DNA of 63,942 nucleotides, the filler included, from an uncultured Ignavibacteriales bacterium (GTDB lineage: Bacteria; Zixibacteria; MSB-5A5; GN15; JAAZOE01), in assembly GCA_964611355.1 (NCBI GenBank). It is 7 parts of 6 records of this genome, joined end to end, with 100 filler letters (N's around TTAATTAATTAA, not from the genome) between each part and the next. Parts side by side here need not be neighbours in the genome. Positions count along the whole stretch, not along the records: positions 30,324 to 42,540 come from CAZSYD010000003.1; positions 42,641 to 51,673 come from CAZSYD010000004.1; positions 51,774 to 54,560 come from CAZSYD010000005.1; 4 more parts are not named here. The stretch is one strand, 5' to 3'. Positions 42,258-51,996 of the stretch are shown here, in pieces. Position 1 is the stretch's first letter. Every line of letters begins with the position of its first letter. Both the position numbers and the translations under genes were made by a program. Under the pieces are notes generated by a model that saw nothing but the letters and a program-made list of their open reading frames with translations, was not told where the DNA came from and did no database searches.

Positions 42258-42290
42258 CCCGGTAGGGATAGCGGTAGCCGTCCCTACGGG
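42258..42290. repeat. GTAG-type REP-like palindrome
   Basis: GTAGGGATAGCGGTAGCCGTCCCTAC hairpin; related element at about 42451-42486. Confidence 0.5.
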
Positions 42291-42640
42291 TGAAAACCCA
42301 ACCCTCCCTATCGACCCCTCTACCAGCCACGGATAATATAATCCACCCCCCTGACAGATCCTGTCAGTGGGAAATATAAAATTTTATAAAAATCGCATTT
42401 TCAAAAGTAAATTCCATCAAATCCATATCAGGAGAGGCCCGTTGTCCGAGGCGCGGGTCAATCGCGCCTATTTTGATCCGCCCTACGCGACCGGTTTTTT
42501 GATTAGATACCCGCTCACGGAAATTTCATGTATCATGCTGNNNNNNNNNNNNNNNNNNNNNNNNNNNNNNNNNNNNNNNNNNNNTTAATTAATTAANNNN
42601 NNNNNNNNNNNNNNNNNNNNNNNNNNNNNNNNNNNNNNNN

Positions 42641-42695
<55 letters not shown>

Positions 42696-42843
42696 CTTTA
42701 CAATTCGAATATACATCACATACGATAATATTGTCAATAATTTTTGCGCCCTTCCACTGTCATAATCGGCTTTCCCATTATTATGCTTTACCGTCTTTTC
42801 ATTTAACCGGTTATAGCCGTATATCAATCATGATCTTGGGGAA

Positions 42844-44712
42844 TTACCTGATATTTTTCTCGGCGTCGAGGATGGGCAGATACCATGGCGCTAAAGAGGC
42901 TACCCGCGACCTACATGCAAGGGCCGCCTTTGTATGTCCCATGTATTCTTCGAACAAATGGAGATTACAATACGCCTCGACAACCAGCGTGTCATCCCGA
43001 ACCAGTCGTTGAAGCGCTAAATAGCCGCGGGTAGGATCTTTTAACTCTTTGTAACTTAATGCAATACAATAATATATATATGGATAGACCGGAGCCGGCG
43101 AAAACCCAATAGCTCGATCAAGCGCCTTCAGTGCGTTTCTATAATCGCCTTTGACCCAAAGGGTAAGTCCGAGGTTGTATTGCTTTTCAAACTCCGGGCT
43201 TACATCTCTTTCCACCGGCAAGCTTATGGCATAGTATCTCTTGTAAACCTGGTTAAGATACCCTCCAAAAAGAAAAGGTATCGTTCTATAGTTATTAAGA
43301 AACCCGCTATATAGAAAAAGCGCCCTTTCTGCGGGCGCCGAGGCCCTCATTCCGGTCGAAAATAGGATATAATCCGGCTGACGGGAAAGAACGTATCGGC
43401 TGTTGAAATGCGATTCACGCCAGGTAGTCTCCATACCCTTGACCGGCGGTTCCGGATGACGGGCAATAGTCGAATCGGTCAATCCCAAAAGATCAATTAC
43501 CGTATGATCCATCAGGCGATACCCGACCACGCCGATCGTGCTGACCGCAATGGAAAAGTTTGATTGATCGACGGCCAGAAGGTTATCCATTAACCTGTTC
43601 ATCTTCCACGCCAACGCGTTTTCTTTGTTATGGAATGTGGTTACGTAATGGTATGGAAAATACAACTGCCAGCAGAGTAAAACCACCAGACAGGGTGCAA
43701 TTACCAACCCACGTTTCGAAACGGCATAAAAGCCAAATAATACGGAAAGAACTGCAAAAGGTAAAAGCGGTACAAAAAACCGGTGCACCTTCAACACGTC
43801 GCCACCAATCAGAATAATATATAAAGTATAAACCAGCAGAAAAATCATACTCAGCTTCTGCCCCGACGATGACTTCCGAAAAGTCAGAAGCGCCGGTACA
43901 ACAAACAAACCCGCCCCCAAATAATGCCAAAAAAACTGTCCTGTGTATTCAAGACCGTTGACCGCCTGCTGAAGATCAAAACTCGTCTTGGCGTAAAACG
44001 GATTCGGCAAAAGAGATTTGTAATAGAACAGCTTGAAAACGCCGAAAGGCAATAAAAAGATAACAAATAAAACTCCTGTTATCATTGCATACCGGGTCAG
44101 CGAACGATGCCGTATTATCTCATAGATGAAAAGAAACAAAAACACCAGCCCGCCTTCGGGACGAAAAAGCAGCGACAACACCACAGAAGGAATTACCAAT
44201 AGCGAACGCCGCAGATAAAAGAAAATAGAAGCCAATACCATAAAGCCGAAAGCTGCCGTCTCCAATCCCGCCACCGCCCAGTAGGCAAATGAATAAATCG
44301 AACCCACCAAAAGACAACACGTCCCTGCCAGTATCGACCGAGTTGACTTTGACACGCCGGCAAAGACTTCAATGGCCAGAAAATAAAGCATAATGATTGT
44401 AGCCAGCCCGAACAGGACGCCGAGTATTTTTGAAAAAAGAACGAAATCGATTCCGGCCCGACCGCCGACGGTCATGAAAATCGTCCAGAGGAAATTAGTA
44501 TATCCTTCCACTCTTTCGCCGATGTCATACACCAGCCCGTGACCATTGAGATAATTGGCAGCGTATCGGAAAGTGATATAAGCATCATCCTGCGTGAAAT
44601 TGAAGTGAAAGATCAGATAGAAATAAACGACCAAGGCCAATATCAAAAGGACAATCCCAATCGGCTTCAGATTCGTTTTGGCCTTGCCTGGCCTTTTTTG
44701 CTTTGGAGTCAT
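42844..44712 (-). CDS. GT-C/AftB-like membrane glycosyltransferase with C-terminal TPR-like region (copy A)
   Basis: QDDAYITFRYA, GERVEGYTNFLW, GLET, RPEG, LPNPFYAK, DLLGLTD; multiple TMs. Confidence 0.75.
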   Translation of the reverse strand: MTPKQKRPGKAKTNLKPIGIVLLILALVVYFYLIFHFNFTQDDAYITFRYAANYLNGHGLVYDIGERVEGYTNFLWTIFMTVGGRAGIDFVLFSKILGVLFGLATIIMLYFLAIEVFAGVSKSTRSILAGTCCLLVGSIYSFAYWAVAGLETAAFGFMVLASIFFYLRRSLLVIPSVVLSLLFRPEGGLVFLFLFIYEIIRHRSLTRYAMITGVLFVIFLLPFGVFKLFYYKSLLPNPFYAKTSFDLQQAVNGLEYTGQFFWHYLGAGLFVVPALLTFRKSSSGQKLSMIFLLVYTLYIILIGGDVLKVHRFFVPLLPFAVLSVLFGFYAVSKRGLVIAPCLVVLLCWQLYFPYHYVTTFHNKENALAWKMNRLMDNLLAVDQSNFSIAVSTIGVVGYRLMDHTVIDLLGLTDSTIARHPEPPVKGMETTWRESHFNSRYVLSRQPDYILFSTGMRASAPAERALFLYSGFLNNYRTIPFLFGGYLNQVYKRYYAISLPVERDVSPEFEKQYNLGLTLWVKGDYRNALKALDRAIGFSPAPVYPYIYYCIALSYKELKDPTRGYLALQRLVRDDTLVVEAYCNLHLFEEYMGHTKAALACRSRVASLAPWYLPILDAEKNIR

Positions 44713-46598
44713 AGACTATAATCAAGTGCTTATTTCATAATCCGCAACCGGTTAATCCCTATGAACGCCTCAATCCTGTTTACAGGCGTTATTCCACGAC
44801 CTTTGACAAGAGGTAATCGACCTCGTCCACGTGCCACGGAACCAGTCCCGCCATTTTGGCCCTATAATAGGCCGCGGCCTCGGAATTGTTCATCATATAT
44901 TCAAACACATAAAGATCCTTGTAAGCTTCATAAATCAGCGTATCGATCTCGACAAGTTTCCGAAGCATGCCGTAGCTAACATCGTAATTCCCCATTCTCC
45001 GGTTGATTTCTGCAATGAAATAATATATGTAAGGATATTCAAGCTTGGGTGAATACCTAAGAGTCGAATCCAGTACAGCCAGCGCCTCTTCATATTCGTC
45101 TCTCGAGAACAGGTTAATGGCCCGGTTGTAACCCTGAACGAAATTCACATCCACGTCACGCCTGATTTCTTCCTCAATCGGGTAGTAACGTTTATAAATC
45201 CCGTTCAAATCCCCCCCGTAGTAGAAAGTAAAGTCGATTATCCGATAGTAATTGATAAAACCACTGTAAAGAAAAAGGGCCCTTTCCGCCGGAGCCGATG
45301 GTTTGAACCCGGTGGAGAATAGGATATAATCCGGCTGACGGGAAAGAACGTATCGGCTGTTGAAATGCGATTCACGCCAGGTAGTCTCCATACCCTTGAC
45401 CGGCGGTTCCGGATGACGGGCAATAGTCGAATCGGTCAATCCCAAAAGATCAATTACCGTATGATCCATCAGGCGATACCCGACCACGCCGATCGTGCTG
45501 ACCGCAATGGAAAAGTTTGATTGATCGACGGCCAGAAGGTTATCCATTAACCTGTTCATCTTCCACGCCAACGCGTTTTCTTTGTTATGGAATGTGGTTA
45601 CGTAATGGTATGGAAAATACAACTGCCAGCAGAGTAAAACCACCAGACAGGGTGCAATTACCAACCCACGTTTCGAAACGGCATAAAAGCCAAATAATAC
45701 GGAAAGAACTGCAAAAGGTAAAAGCGGTACAAAAAACCGGTGCACCTTCAACACGTCGCCACCAATCAGAATAATATATAAAGTATAAACCAGCAGAAAA
45801 ATCATACTCAGCTTCTGCCCCGACGATGACTTCCGAAAAGTCAGAAGCGCCGGTACAACAAACAAACCCGCCCCCAAATAATGCCAAAAAAACTGTCCTG
45901 TGTATTCAAGACCGTTGACCGCCTGCTGAAGATCAAAACTCGTCTTGGCGTAAAACGGATTCGGCAAAAGAGATTTGTAATAGAACAGCTTGAAAACGCC
46001 GAAAGGCAATAAAAAGATAACAAATAAAACTCCTGTTATCATTGCATACCGGGTCAGCGAACGATGCCGTATTATCTCATAGATGAAAAGAAACAAAAAC
46101 ACCAGCCCGCCTTCGGGACGAAAAAGCAGCGACAACACCACAGAAGGAATTACCAATAGCGAACGCCGCAGATAAAAGAAAATAGAAGCCAATACCATAA
46201 AGCCGAAAGCTGCCGTCTCCAATCCCGCCACCGCCCAGTAGGCAAATGAATAAATCGAACCCACCAAAAGACAACACGTCCCTGCCAGTATCGACCGAGT
46301 TGACTTTGACACGCCGGCAAAGACTTCAATGGCCAGAAAATAAAGCATAATGATTGTAGCCAGCCCGAACAGGACGCCGAGTATTTTTGAAAAAAGAACG
46401 AAATCGATTCCGGCCCGACCGCCGACGGTCATGAAAATCGTCCAGAGGAAATTAGTATATCCTTCCACTCTTTCGCCGATGTCATACACCAGCCCGTGAC
46501 CATTGAGATAATTGGCAGCGTATCGGAAAGTGATATAAGCATCATCCTGCGTGAAATTGAAGTGAAAGATCAGATAGAAATAAACGACCAAGGCCAAT
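43361..46598. repeat. Direct repeat of about 1281 bp: 43361-44641 and 45318-46598 (offset 1957)
   Basis: Identical translations in all listed frames and identical DNA wherever compared by eye; sharp boundaries. Confidence 0.92.
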
Positions 46599-46669
46599 GC
46601 CAGCAGGAGAAGACCGGTATATTTCAGACCGGATACGGCCTGGCGGCGCTTTTTTATTTTAAGGGACAT
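44789..46669 (-). CDS. GT-C/AftB-like membrane glycosyltransferase with C-terminal TPR-like region (copy B)
   Basis: Same core as copy A with a divergent N-tip and C-terminal ~170 aa. Confidence 0.75.
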   Translation of the reverse strand: MSLKIKKRRQAVSGLKYTGLLLLALALVVYFYLIFHFNFTQDDAYITFRYAANYLNGHGLVYDIGERVEGYTNFLWTIFMTVGGRAGIDFVLFSKILGVLFGLATIIMLYFLAIEVFAGVSKSTRSILAGTCCLLVGSIYSFAYWAVAGLETAAFGFMVLASIFFYLRRSLLVIPSVVLSLLFRPEGGLVFLFLFIYEIIRHRSLTRYAMITGVLFVIFLLPFGVFKLFYYKSLLPNPFYAKTSFDLQQAVNGLEYTGQFFWHYLGAGLFVVPALLTFRKSSSGQKLSMIFLLVYTLYIILIGGDVLKVHRFFVPLLPFAVLSVLFGFYAVSKRGLVIAPCLVVLLCWQLYFPYHYVTTFHNKENALAWKMNRLMDNLLAVDQSNFSIAVSTIGVVGYRLMDHTVIDLLGLTDSTIARHPEPPVKGMETTWRESHFNSRYVLSRQPDYILFSTGFKPSAPAERALFLYSGFINYYRIIDFTFYYGGDLNGIYKRYYPIEEEIRRDVDVNFVQGYNRAINLFSRDEYEEALAVLDSTLRYSPKLEYPYIYYFIAEINRRMGNYDVSYGMLRKLVEIDTLIYEAYKDLYVFEYMMNNSEAAAYYRAKMAGLVPWHVDEVDYLLSKVVE

Positions 46670-48152
46670 AAACCGGTCTGGCTTTGACCATCGCTTTCCG
46701 GTAAAGTTCAACATATTTCCGGGCCGAACTTGCCCAGGAAAAATCCTGCCGCATCCCTTCTTTCATCACCGCCCGCCATAAGCGCTTTTTGCCATACAGA
46801 TTTACCGCTCGTTCTATCGCACGTAATAAATCTTCAGGATCATAATCATTGAAGACAAAACCGGTTCCGGAGTCGGCGGCGGGGTCAACGTCAGCGACAG
46901 TATCAGCCAGGCCGCCGGTGGCGCGGACAATCGGGACAGTGCCGTATTTCAGGCTGTACATCTGGTTCAATCCGCACGGCTCATATCTGGACGGCATCAG
47001 AAAGGCATCGGCCCCGGCCTCAATCCAGTGGGCCATATTGTTGTCATAGATCAAAAGCGGCCTTAGCTTATCCGGATATTTGGCCCGAAGACTGGTGAAT
47101 AAATCGTGATATTTTTTATCACCGGTGCCGAGGACTATCATCTGCAAATCAAGGCTCAGAATATCGTCGGCTGCCGACGCTATGATATCAAGCCCTTTTT
47201 GATCAACCAACCGGGTAATCATACCGATCAGCGGTGCTTGCTCCCGGTACGGTAAACCAAGCCTGCCGACAAGTTCGACCTTATTCTTTCTCTTGCCCGA
47301 CAGGTTAGACAGGCTGTACTTGTAAGGAATGAGTTTATCCTTCGAAGGAGACCAGATATTGTAATCAACTCCGTTGACAATTCCATAAAGGTCGTTATTG
47401 CGCGAGCGCAGGACACCTTCCAAACCGCAGCCGAATTCATCCGATGATTGAATCTCCACCGCGTATCGTTCCGAGACAGTATTGATGACATCGGAATAGC
47501 CGATTGCGGATTTCATAAAATTCACCTTACCCCAGAACTCAAACGGCCCCGTTGGGTAAAAAAGAGCCTTCGGCAGCTCAAGTTTGTCAAACGATTCAGC
47601 CGGAAATATCCCCTGGTATCCCATGTTGTGAATGGTAAAAACCGTATGGCTGGCGGCAAAGAAAGGATCATCCTTTTTACCCGCCGATAAGAAAGCAGGC
47701 AAAAGGCCTGTCTGCCAGTCATTGGCATGGACAATATCCGGCATCCATTCAAGAGTCTTCATTGCTTCCAGGGCAACGCGGCAAAAAAATATAAAACGGT
47801 CGTCATTGTCGGTATAGTCAAGACCGGTGTCAGGATCGACATAAAGTCCGGGACGATCGAAATAGGGAGCATAATCCACAAATAAAATTTCATAAGAGAT
47901 TTCCGGATCTCTCAGGCGGACGATATTCGCCGTTTCAGTTTTTCCGCCGGTAGTAGTTTCGATGGAAGGGCCGTCGGTTACGTCTTCCAGCAGTAATGGA
48001 GAAATACCAGCGTACTTCGGCATAATCACTTTGACCTCGTGCCCCATTTCAGCCAGCACACGGGGAAGAATGCCGGACACGTCGGCCAGTCCGCCGGTTT
48101 TGGCGTAAGGAACAACCTCAGGTGACGCGAAAAGCACCTTCAGTTTTTCCAT
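46659..48152 (-). CDS. glgA: Glycogen synthase
   Basis: KTGGLADV, HANDWQT, PSRYEPCGLNQ. Confidence 0.96.
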   Translation of the reverse strand: MEKLKVLFASPEVVPYAKTGGLADVSGILPRVLAEMGHEVKVIMPKYAGISPLLLEDVTDGPSIETTTGGKTETANIVRLRDPEISYEILFVDYAPYFDRPGLYVDPDTGLDYTDNDDRFIFFCRVALEAMKTLEWMPDIVHANDWQTGLLPAFLSAGKKDDPFFAASHTVFTIHNMGYQGIFPAESFDKLELPKALFYPTGPFEFWGKVNFMKSAIGYSDVINTVSERYAVEIQSSDEFGCGLEGVLRSRNNDLYGIVNGVDYNIWSPSKDKLIPYKYSLSNLSGKRKNKVELVGRLGLPYREQAPLIGMITRLVDQKGLDIIASAADDILSLDLQMIVLGTGDKKYHDLFTSLRAKYPDKLRPLLIYDNNMAHWIEAGADAFLMPSRYEPCGLNQMYSLKYGTVPIVRATGGLADTVADVDPAADSGTGFVFNDYDPEDLLRAIERAVNLYGKKRLWRAVMKEGMRQDFSWASSARKYVELYRKAMVKARPVYVP

Positions 48153-48170
48153 CAGCAGGTACTCCCTTAC

Positions 48171-49190
48171 CTAAACTGATATCTTTTCCCGGGAAATGAT
48201 CAGTTCCCTTAGGAATTGGGCGGCATCTTCTGGTCGAGTGGGATTGATATAAAAACCGGTTCCCCATTCGAACCCCGCCACCCTGGTAAGTTTCGGTATT
48301 ATCTCTATATGCCAGTGATAAAATTCCCGATACTCCTCACCTACCGGAGCCGTATGGATGACATAATTATAAGACGGGTTGGCCAATCCAATTTTCAGCC
48401 TCGTCAGCACATCCTTCAAAATGGCGGCCATTTCCTCATACATTTCAATATCGGTTTCAATATAATTGCTGATGTGCGCTTTGGGCATGAGCCAGGTTTC
48501 AAACGGAAACCGGCTGGCATACGGTTCAAAGGCAATAAATGATTCCGATTCGGAAACGATTCGGTCCTGATCGCTGATTTCCTGCCGGATGATATCGCAA
48601 AATATGCACCGCTCCTTATAATCATGGTATTTCCTGGCGCCCAAGAGTTCCTCGGCTACGCGCTTGGGAATAATCGGCGTGGCAATAAGCTGACTATGGG
48701 TGTGTTCCACCGACGCTCCGGCCGCTTTGCCATGATTTTTGAATAGCAGAATATACTTAAAACGGTGATCGCGCTGCAAGTCAAGACAGCGTTCCCGATA
48801 GGCCCACAGCACATTCCTGACCTCCTTCACGGGCAGATCAGGCAGATCAAGATCGTGGCTCGGCGATTCGATGATTACCTCGTGAGCGCCGATTCCGTTC
48901 ATCCGGTCATAAATCCCCATTGGCTCCCGCGTCAAGTCACCCTCGATTATAAGAGCCGGATACTTATTGGAGACCACCCGCAGCGTCCACCCTGGGGTAT
49001 TCGGTTCCGAACCATCCGGCCGGTAGGCGATTATTTCTTTGGGCGTGGCTGATTCATTGCCGGGACAAAAGGGGCAGACTTTGGGAGAAATTCTTTTTTC
49101 CGTCCGTCCAAAGTCGGAGGGTCGTTTTCCTCGTTCGGTTGAGATTATTACCCACCGGCCAATAATGGGGTCCTTACGCAACTCAGGCAT
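48171..49190 (-). CDS. galT: Galactose-1-phosphate uridylyltransferase family (GalT-like)
   Basis: ELRKDP, CPFCPGNE, NKYPAL, GASVEHTHSQ. Confidence 0.88.
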   Translation of the reverse strand: MPELRKDPIIGRWVIISTERGKRPSDFGRTEKRISPKVCPFCPGNESATPKEIIAYRPDGSEPNTPGWTLRVVSNKYPALIIEGDLTREPMGIYDRMNGIGAHEVIIESPSHDLDLPDLPVKEVRNVLWAYRERCLDLQRDHRFKYILLFKNHGKAAGASVEHTHSQLIATPIIPKRVAEELLGARKYHDYKERCIFCDIIRQEISDQDRIVSESESFIAFEPYASRFPFETWLMPKAHISNYIETDIEMYEEMAAILKDVLTRLKIGLANPSYNYVIHTAPVGEEYREFYHWHIEIIPKLTRVAGFEWGTGFYINPTRPEDAAQFLRELIISREKISV

Positions 49191-49330
49191 GTAATTATCT
49201 CTCATGGTGTCAAACCCGCGTCTAAAATATAGTCTAACCTATCCGCCGTCAAGGAATTACCCCCTACATCCACGCTATCGGCATCCGGCGCAAAAGGCTT
49301 TACGTGGTATTCCACAGCGTCCCGGCTTTT

Positions 49331-50596
49331 TTAGTCACTCCTGCCGGCTTGATTGAAAATCATTGCAAAAAGCCGCTCGTCATATTCCGTAAATTCCACC
49401 TTACGGCGCGACATCGTTACTTGCGCCACCTCCATGGCTTTATCCAGACGATAGACATCATAGCCGGTTTCGTCTCCCCAACTGAACGATGGGACTTCAC
49501 GCGAGGTAATCAGCGTTCCGCCGAAGATATTACACGAAAAGCCGATAGACACCCCTGTATTAATCAACGTTCCTATGCCGGTCTTGGAATGATCGCCGAT
49601 AAACGAACCAACCTTCATCAATCCGGTATTAATTATCTCGCCGTTCAAGCAAACTTCGATATTATTGTAGTTATTCTTGAGGTCCGAATTGGTCGTCATG
49701 GCCCCGAGATTTACCCAGCTGCCGAGATAAGCGTGTCCCATGAAACCGTCGTGATATTTGTTGGTATATTCCTGGAAAATCGACTGCTCAACCTCGCCGC
49801 CAACCCGGCAGTACGGCCCGAATGAGCAACCTTCACGGATATTGCCCCGGAATATCCTGGTATTCTCTCCTATATAACAGGGCCCTTCAATATATGACAG
49901 AGGCCCGATTATGGCGTCCTTATCGATCACCACCGGGCCGTGACGGTTATCGATAACAGCCCCCGCGCCAATTTCGGCGCCCGGAGCAATATACAGGTTA
50001 CTCTCCGACAATATCCGAACCGACGAATCGATCCGAGACTGCTCGATCATCCTGTTCAAATCGACGCCATCGATAAGAGCAGAGTAATCAGCCGTTATCT
50101 CTTTTCCGTTCAGGTCAACCAGATCCCAGAGATAATCATAGAAATCAAATTCGCTTTCGACGATATCGGCCTTTACCCCGAGATTCGCGGAAGCATCCTC
50201 ACCCGTGAATTGCATCGATGGCGGCGGAGCTTTCTGAAGCGGCTCGGCGATCACAAATGCAGCCGTTACTTTACCATGATGATACATGCGATTGTCGGTT
50301 GTTGTTTTTAGCTCCCTTGTTAATTGCTCACTCAGGCGTAATCTGCCGTTGACAAAAACCAACCGATCGCCTTCGCGGTAATCGATTTGGTTTACCTTCT
50401 TGCCGGTGCGGGCCTCGACCAGTTCAGCCAGTTCGGACCGGCAGGCAAGGGATACTTCGTAGCCGGGGAATTGGCGGGTGATCTTTTCCCGAAGCGTTCC
50501 CGCGCCGCAGCGCAGCTCAAATACGGGACGGCTGAGAGTCAACGGGTAAAAATCACGGTACCTGCCGTCTTCGAAAATGATCAATTTGTCAGCCAT
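49331..50596 (-). CDS. GlmU-like putative sugar nucleotidyltransferase with hexapeptide repeats
   Basis: FYPLTLSRPVFELRCG, NKYHDGFMGHAYLG, SDLKNNY. Confidence 0.8.
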   Translation of the reverse strand: MADKLIIFEDGRYRDFYPLTLSRPVFELRCGAGTLREKITRQFPGYEVSLACRSELAELVEARTGKKVNQIDYREGDRLVFVNGRLRLSEQLTRELKTTTDNRMYHHGKVTAAFVIAEPLQKAPPPSMQFTGEDASANLGVKADIVESEFDFYDYLWDLVDLNGKEITADYSALIDGVDLNRMIEQSRIDSSVRILSESNLYIAPGAEIGAGAVIDNRHGPVVIDKDAIIGPLSYIEGPCYIGENTRIFRGNIREGCSFGPYCRVGGEVEQSIFQEYTNKYHDGFMGHAYLGSWVNLGAMTTNSDLKNNYNNIEVCLNGEIINTGLMKVGSFIGDHSKTGIGTLINTGVSIGFSCNIFGGTLITSREVPSFSWGDETGYDVYRLDKAMEVAQVTMSRRKVEFTEYDERLFAMIFNQAGRSD

Positions 50597-50711
50597 ATTA
50601 TCCTGCCCGGTTTCCGATTAATCCTCTTCATTTATGAATACGGATGACTCCGTCGGAGATTCAGGCTTTTAAGTTGCCGAATAACCTATAAGCGGCGGGA
50701 ACCGGTGTCAA

Positions 50712-51188
50712 TTAAAATTGTTTTCCCTTTCTCAGGAGGTACTTCAGAAGCGGGTAACCAAGAACATAGCAAACAACCGCCTGCCCGAAGGCAATACTGA
50801 TGACGAACAACCAGTAAGGTTCTTTGAAAAAAAGATGAAGATAAGCCGAAACGCCGAATGCGTTGATGACAATCGGCGGAATCGGCGCCAGTATCGGTTT
50901 GCCGGTTTTTCTCAGAAGAAACGTCAGATAAGCCGCAATAAGCGTCAGAAGCGACCCGAAGACAACGTCCTGAATTCCGACCGGCCCGAAAAGATTGGCC
51001 AGCAGGCAGCCGACGAAAACGCCCCCAATAGCGCCAGGATAAATAAACGGCAGAACCGTCAGCGCCTCGGCAATACGAAACTGTACCAGCCCGTAACTGA
51101 TAGCGTTGATCCCCGGTGTGATGGTAATAACGAAATAAACCGCCGCTATCGCCCCGGCTATTGATATCTGCTTGGCGTTGTATTTCAT
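50712..51188 (-). CDS. queT: QueT family transporter
   Basis: IAAVY, ISYGLVQFRIAEAL, GCLLANL. Confidence 0.85.
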   Translation of the reverse strand: MKYNAKQISIAGAIAAVYFVITITPGINAISYGLVQFRIAEALTVLPFIYPGAIGGVFVGCLLANLFGPVGIQDVVFGSLLTLIAAYLTFLLRKTGKPILAPIPPIVINAFGVSAYLHLFFKEPYWLFVISIAFGQAVVCYVLGYPLLKYLLRKGKQF

Positions 51189-51253
51189 GGTGGAAGATTA
51201 ATAAGATATTTACCATATGTCAAATGGCAAATGCCTCATACTAAATCTGTGCG

Positions 51254-51314
51254 CGGCACATACCCACATTTGCCGAGAAAGTATATTTCCGTTGCCAAAT
51301 GTGAGTATCTGCCG
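51254..51314. repeat. Long imperfect inverted repeat, possible terminator of the upstream peptidase gene
   Basis: CGGCACATACCCACATTTG ... CAAATGTGAGTATCTGCCG. Confidence 0.55.
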
Positions 51315-51358
51315 GGAACGGAAGACTTTTTTTAAATAATTGAGTTAACTTATACTAT

Positions 51359-51673
51359 TTAAATACGATATATCTCCCCAAACTTTTTATTCATGTAATC
51401 CATCAGCGGTTTGTGCGACAGAGGCGAGCCGGTGACCCGTTGGCATAATTTATTGGCGCGGTAACGCAATCCGTGTTTATGGATATTTTCCCGCAGCCAT
51501 TCGCGCAGCGTCAGGAAATCGCCCGACTCGAAACGCTTTTCCAGATCCGGGATATCTTCGTTGGCTTTGGCATAGAACTGCGCCGAATAAATATTACCAA
51601 GCGTATATGTCGGGAAATATCCAAAAAGCCCCGAAGACCAGTGCACGTCCTGAAGACAGCCGTTGGCGTCGTT
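51359..51673 (-). CDS. Carboxypeptidase M32 (Taq family), C-terminal part
   Basis: GCLQDVHWS.GLFGYFPTYTLGN; 5' part cut by spacer. Confidence 0.9.
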   Translation of the reverse strand, partial: NDANGCLQDVHWSSGLFGYFPTYTLGNIYSAQFYAKANEDIPDLEKRFESGDFLTLREWLRENIHKHGLRYRANKLCQRVTGSPLSHKPLMDYMNKKFGEIYRI

Positions 51674-51773
51674 NNNNNNNNNNNNNNNNNNNNNNNNNNN
51701 NNNNNNNNNNNNNNNNNTTAATTAATTAANNNNNNNNNNNNNNNNNNNNNNNNNNNNNNNNNNNNNNNNNNNN

Positions 51774-51860
51774 AAAAAAATAGAGGGTGCACTCTGGTTG
51801 GGTAGAGGGGGCTAGGAAACTACCCAGGGACAGCAGAATGTCACCCTCGAAATTCGACAA
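51774..51860 (-). ncRNA. Candidate small structured RNA
   Basis: Nested hairpin GAGGGUG/CACCCUC, CAUUCUG/CAGAGUG, UGGGUAG/CUACCCA with a C/U-rich loop, then a U tract; TTGACT -35 upstream. Confidence 0.4.
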
Positions 51861-51996
51861 CAATAATTAAGCTAAATAACGTAAATAGTCAAGAAAAAGA
51901 TTCTATTTTTTACCGCTAATTCGCCGTCCGGCGGAGCATGTCGGGACGGGGACGGTACGCGACCGCATGGAATTATGCCGTGGATGTATCCATTTG

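Noticed and set aside
43361..46598. Diversity-generating retroelement (TR/VR pair) explaining the repeat
   Set aside because: The repeat is about 1.3 kb, shows no adenine-specific mismatches, and no reverse transcriptase is nearby.
51189..51358. preQ1 riboswitch upstream of queT
   Set aside because: No preQ1 consensus recognisable, and the promoter-like element abuts the start codon.
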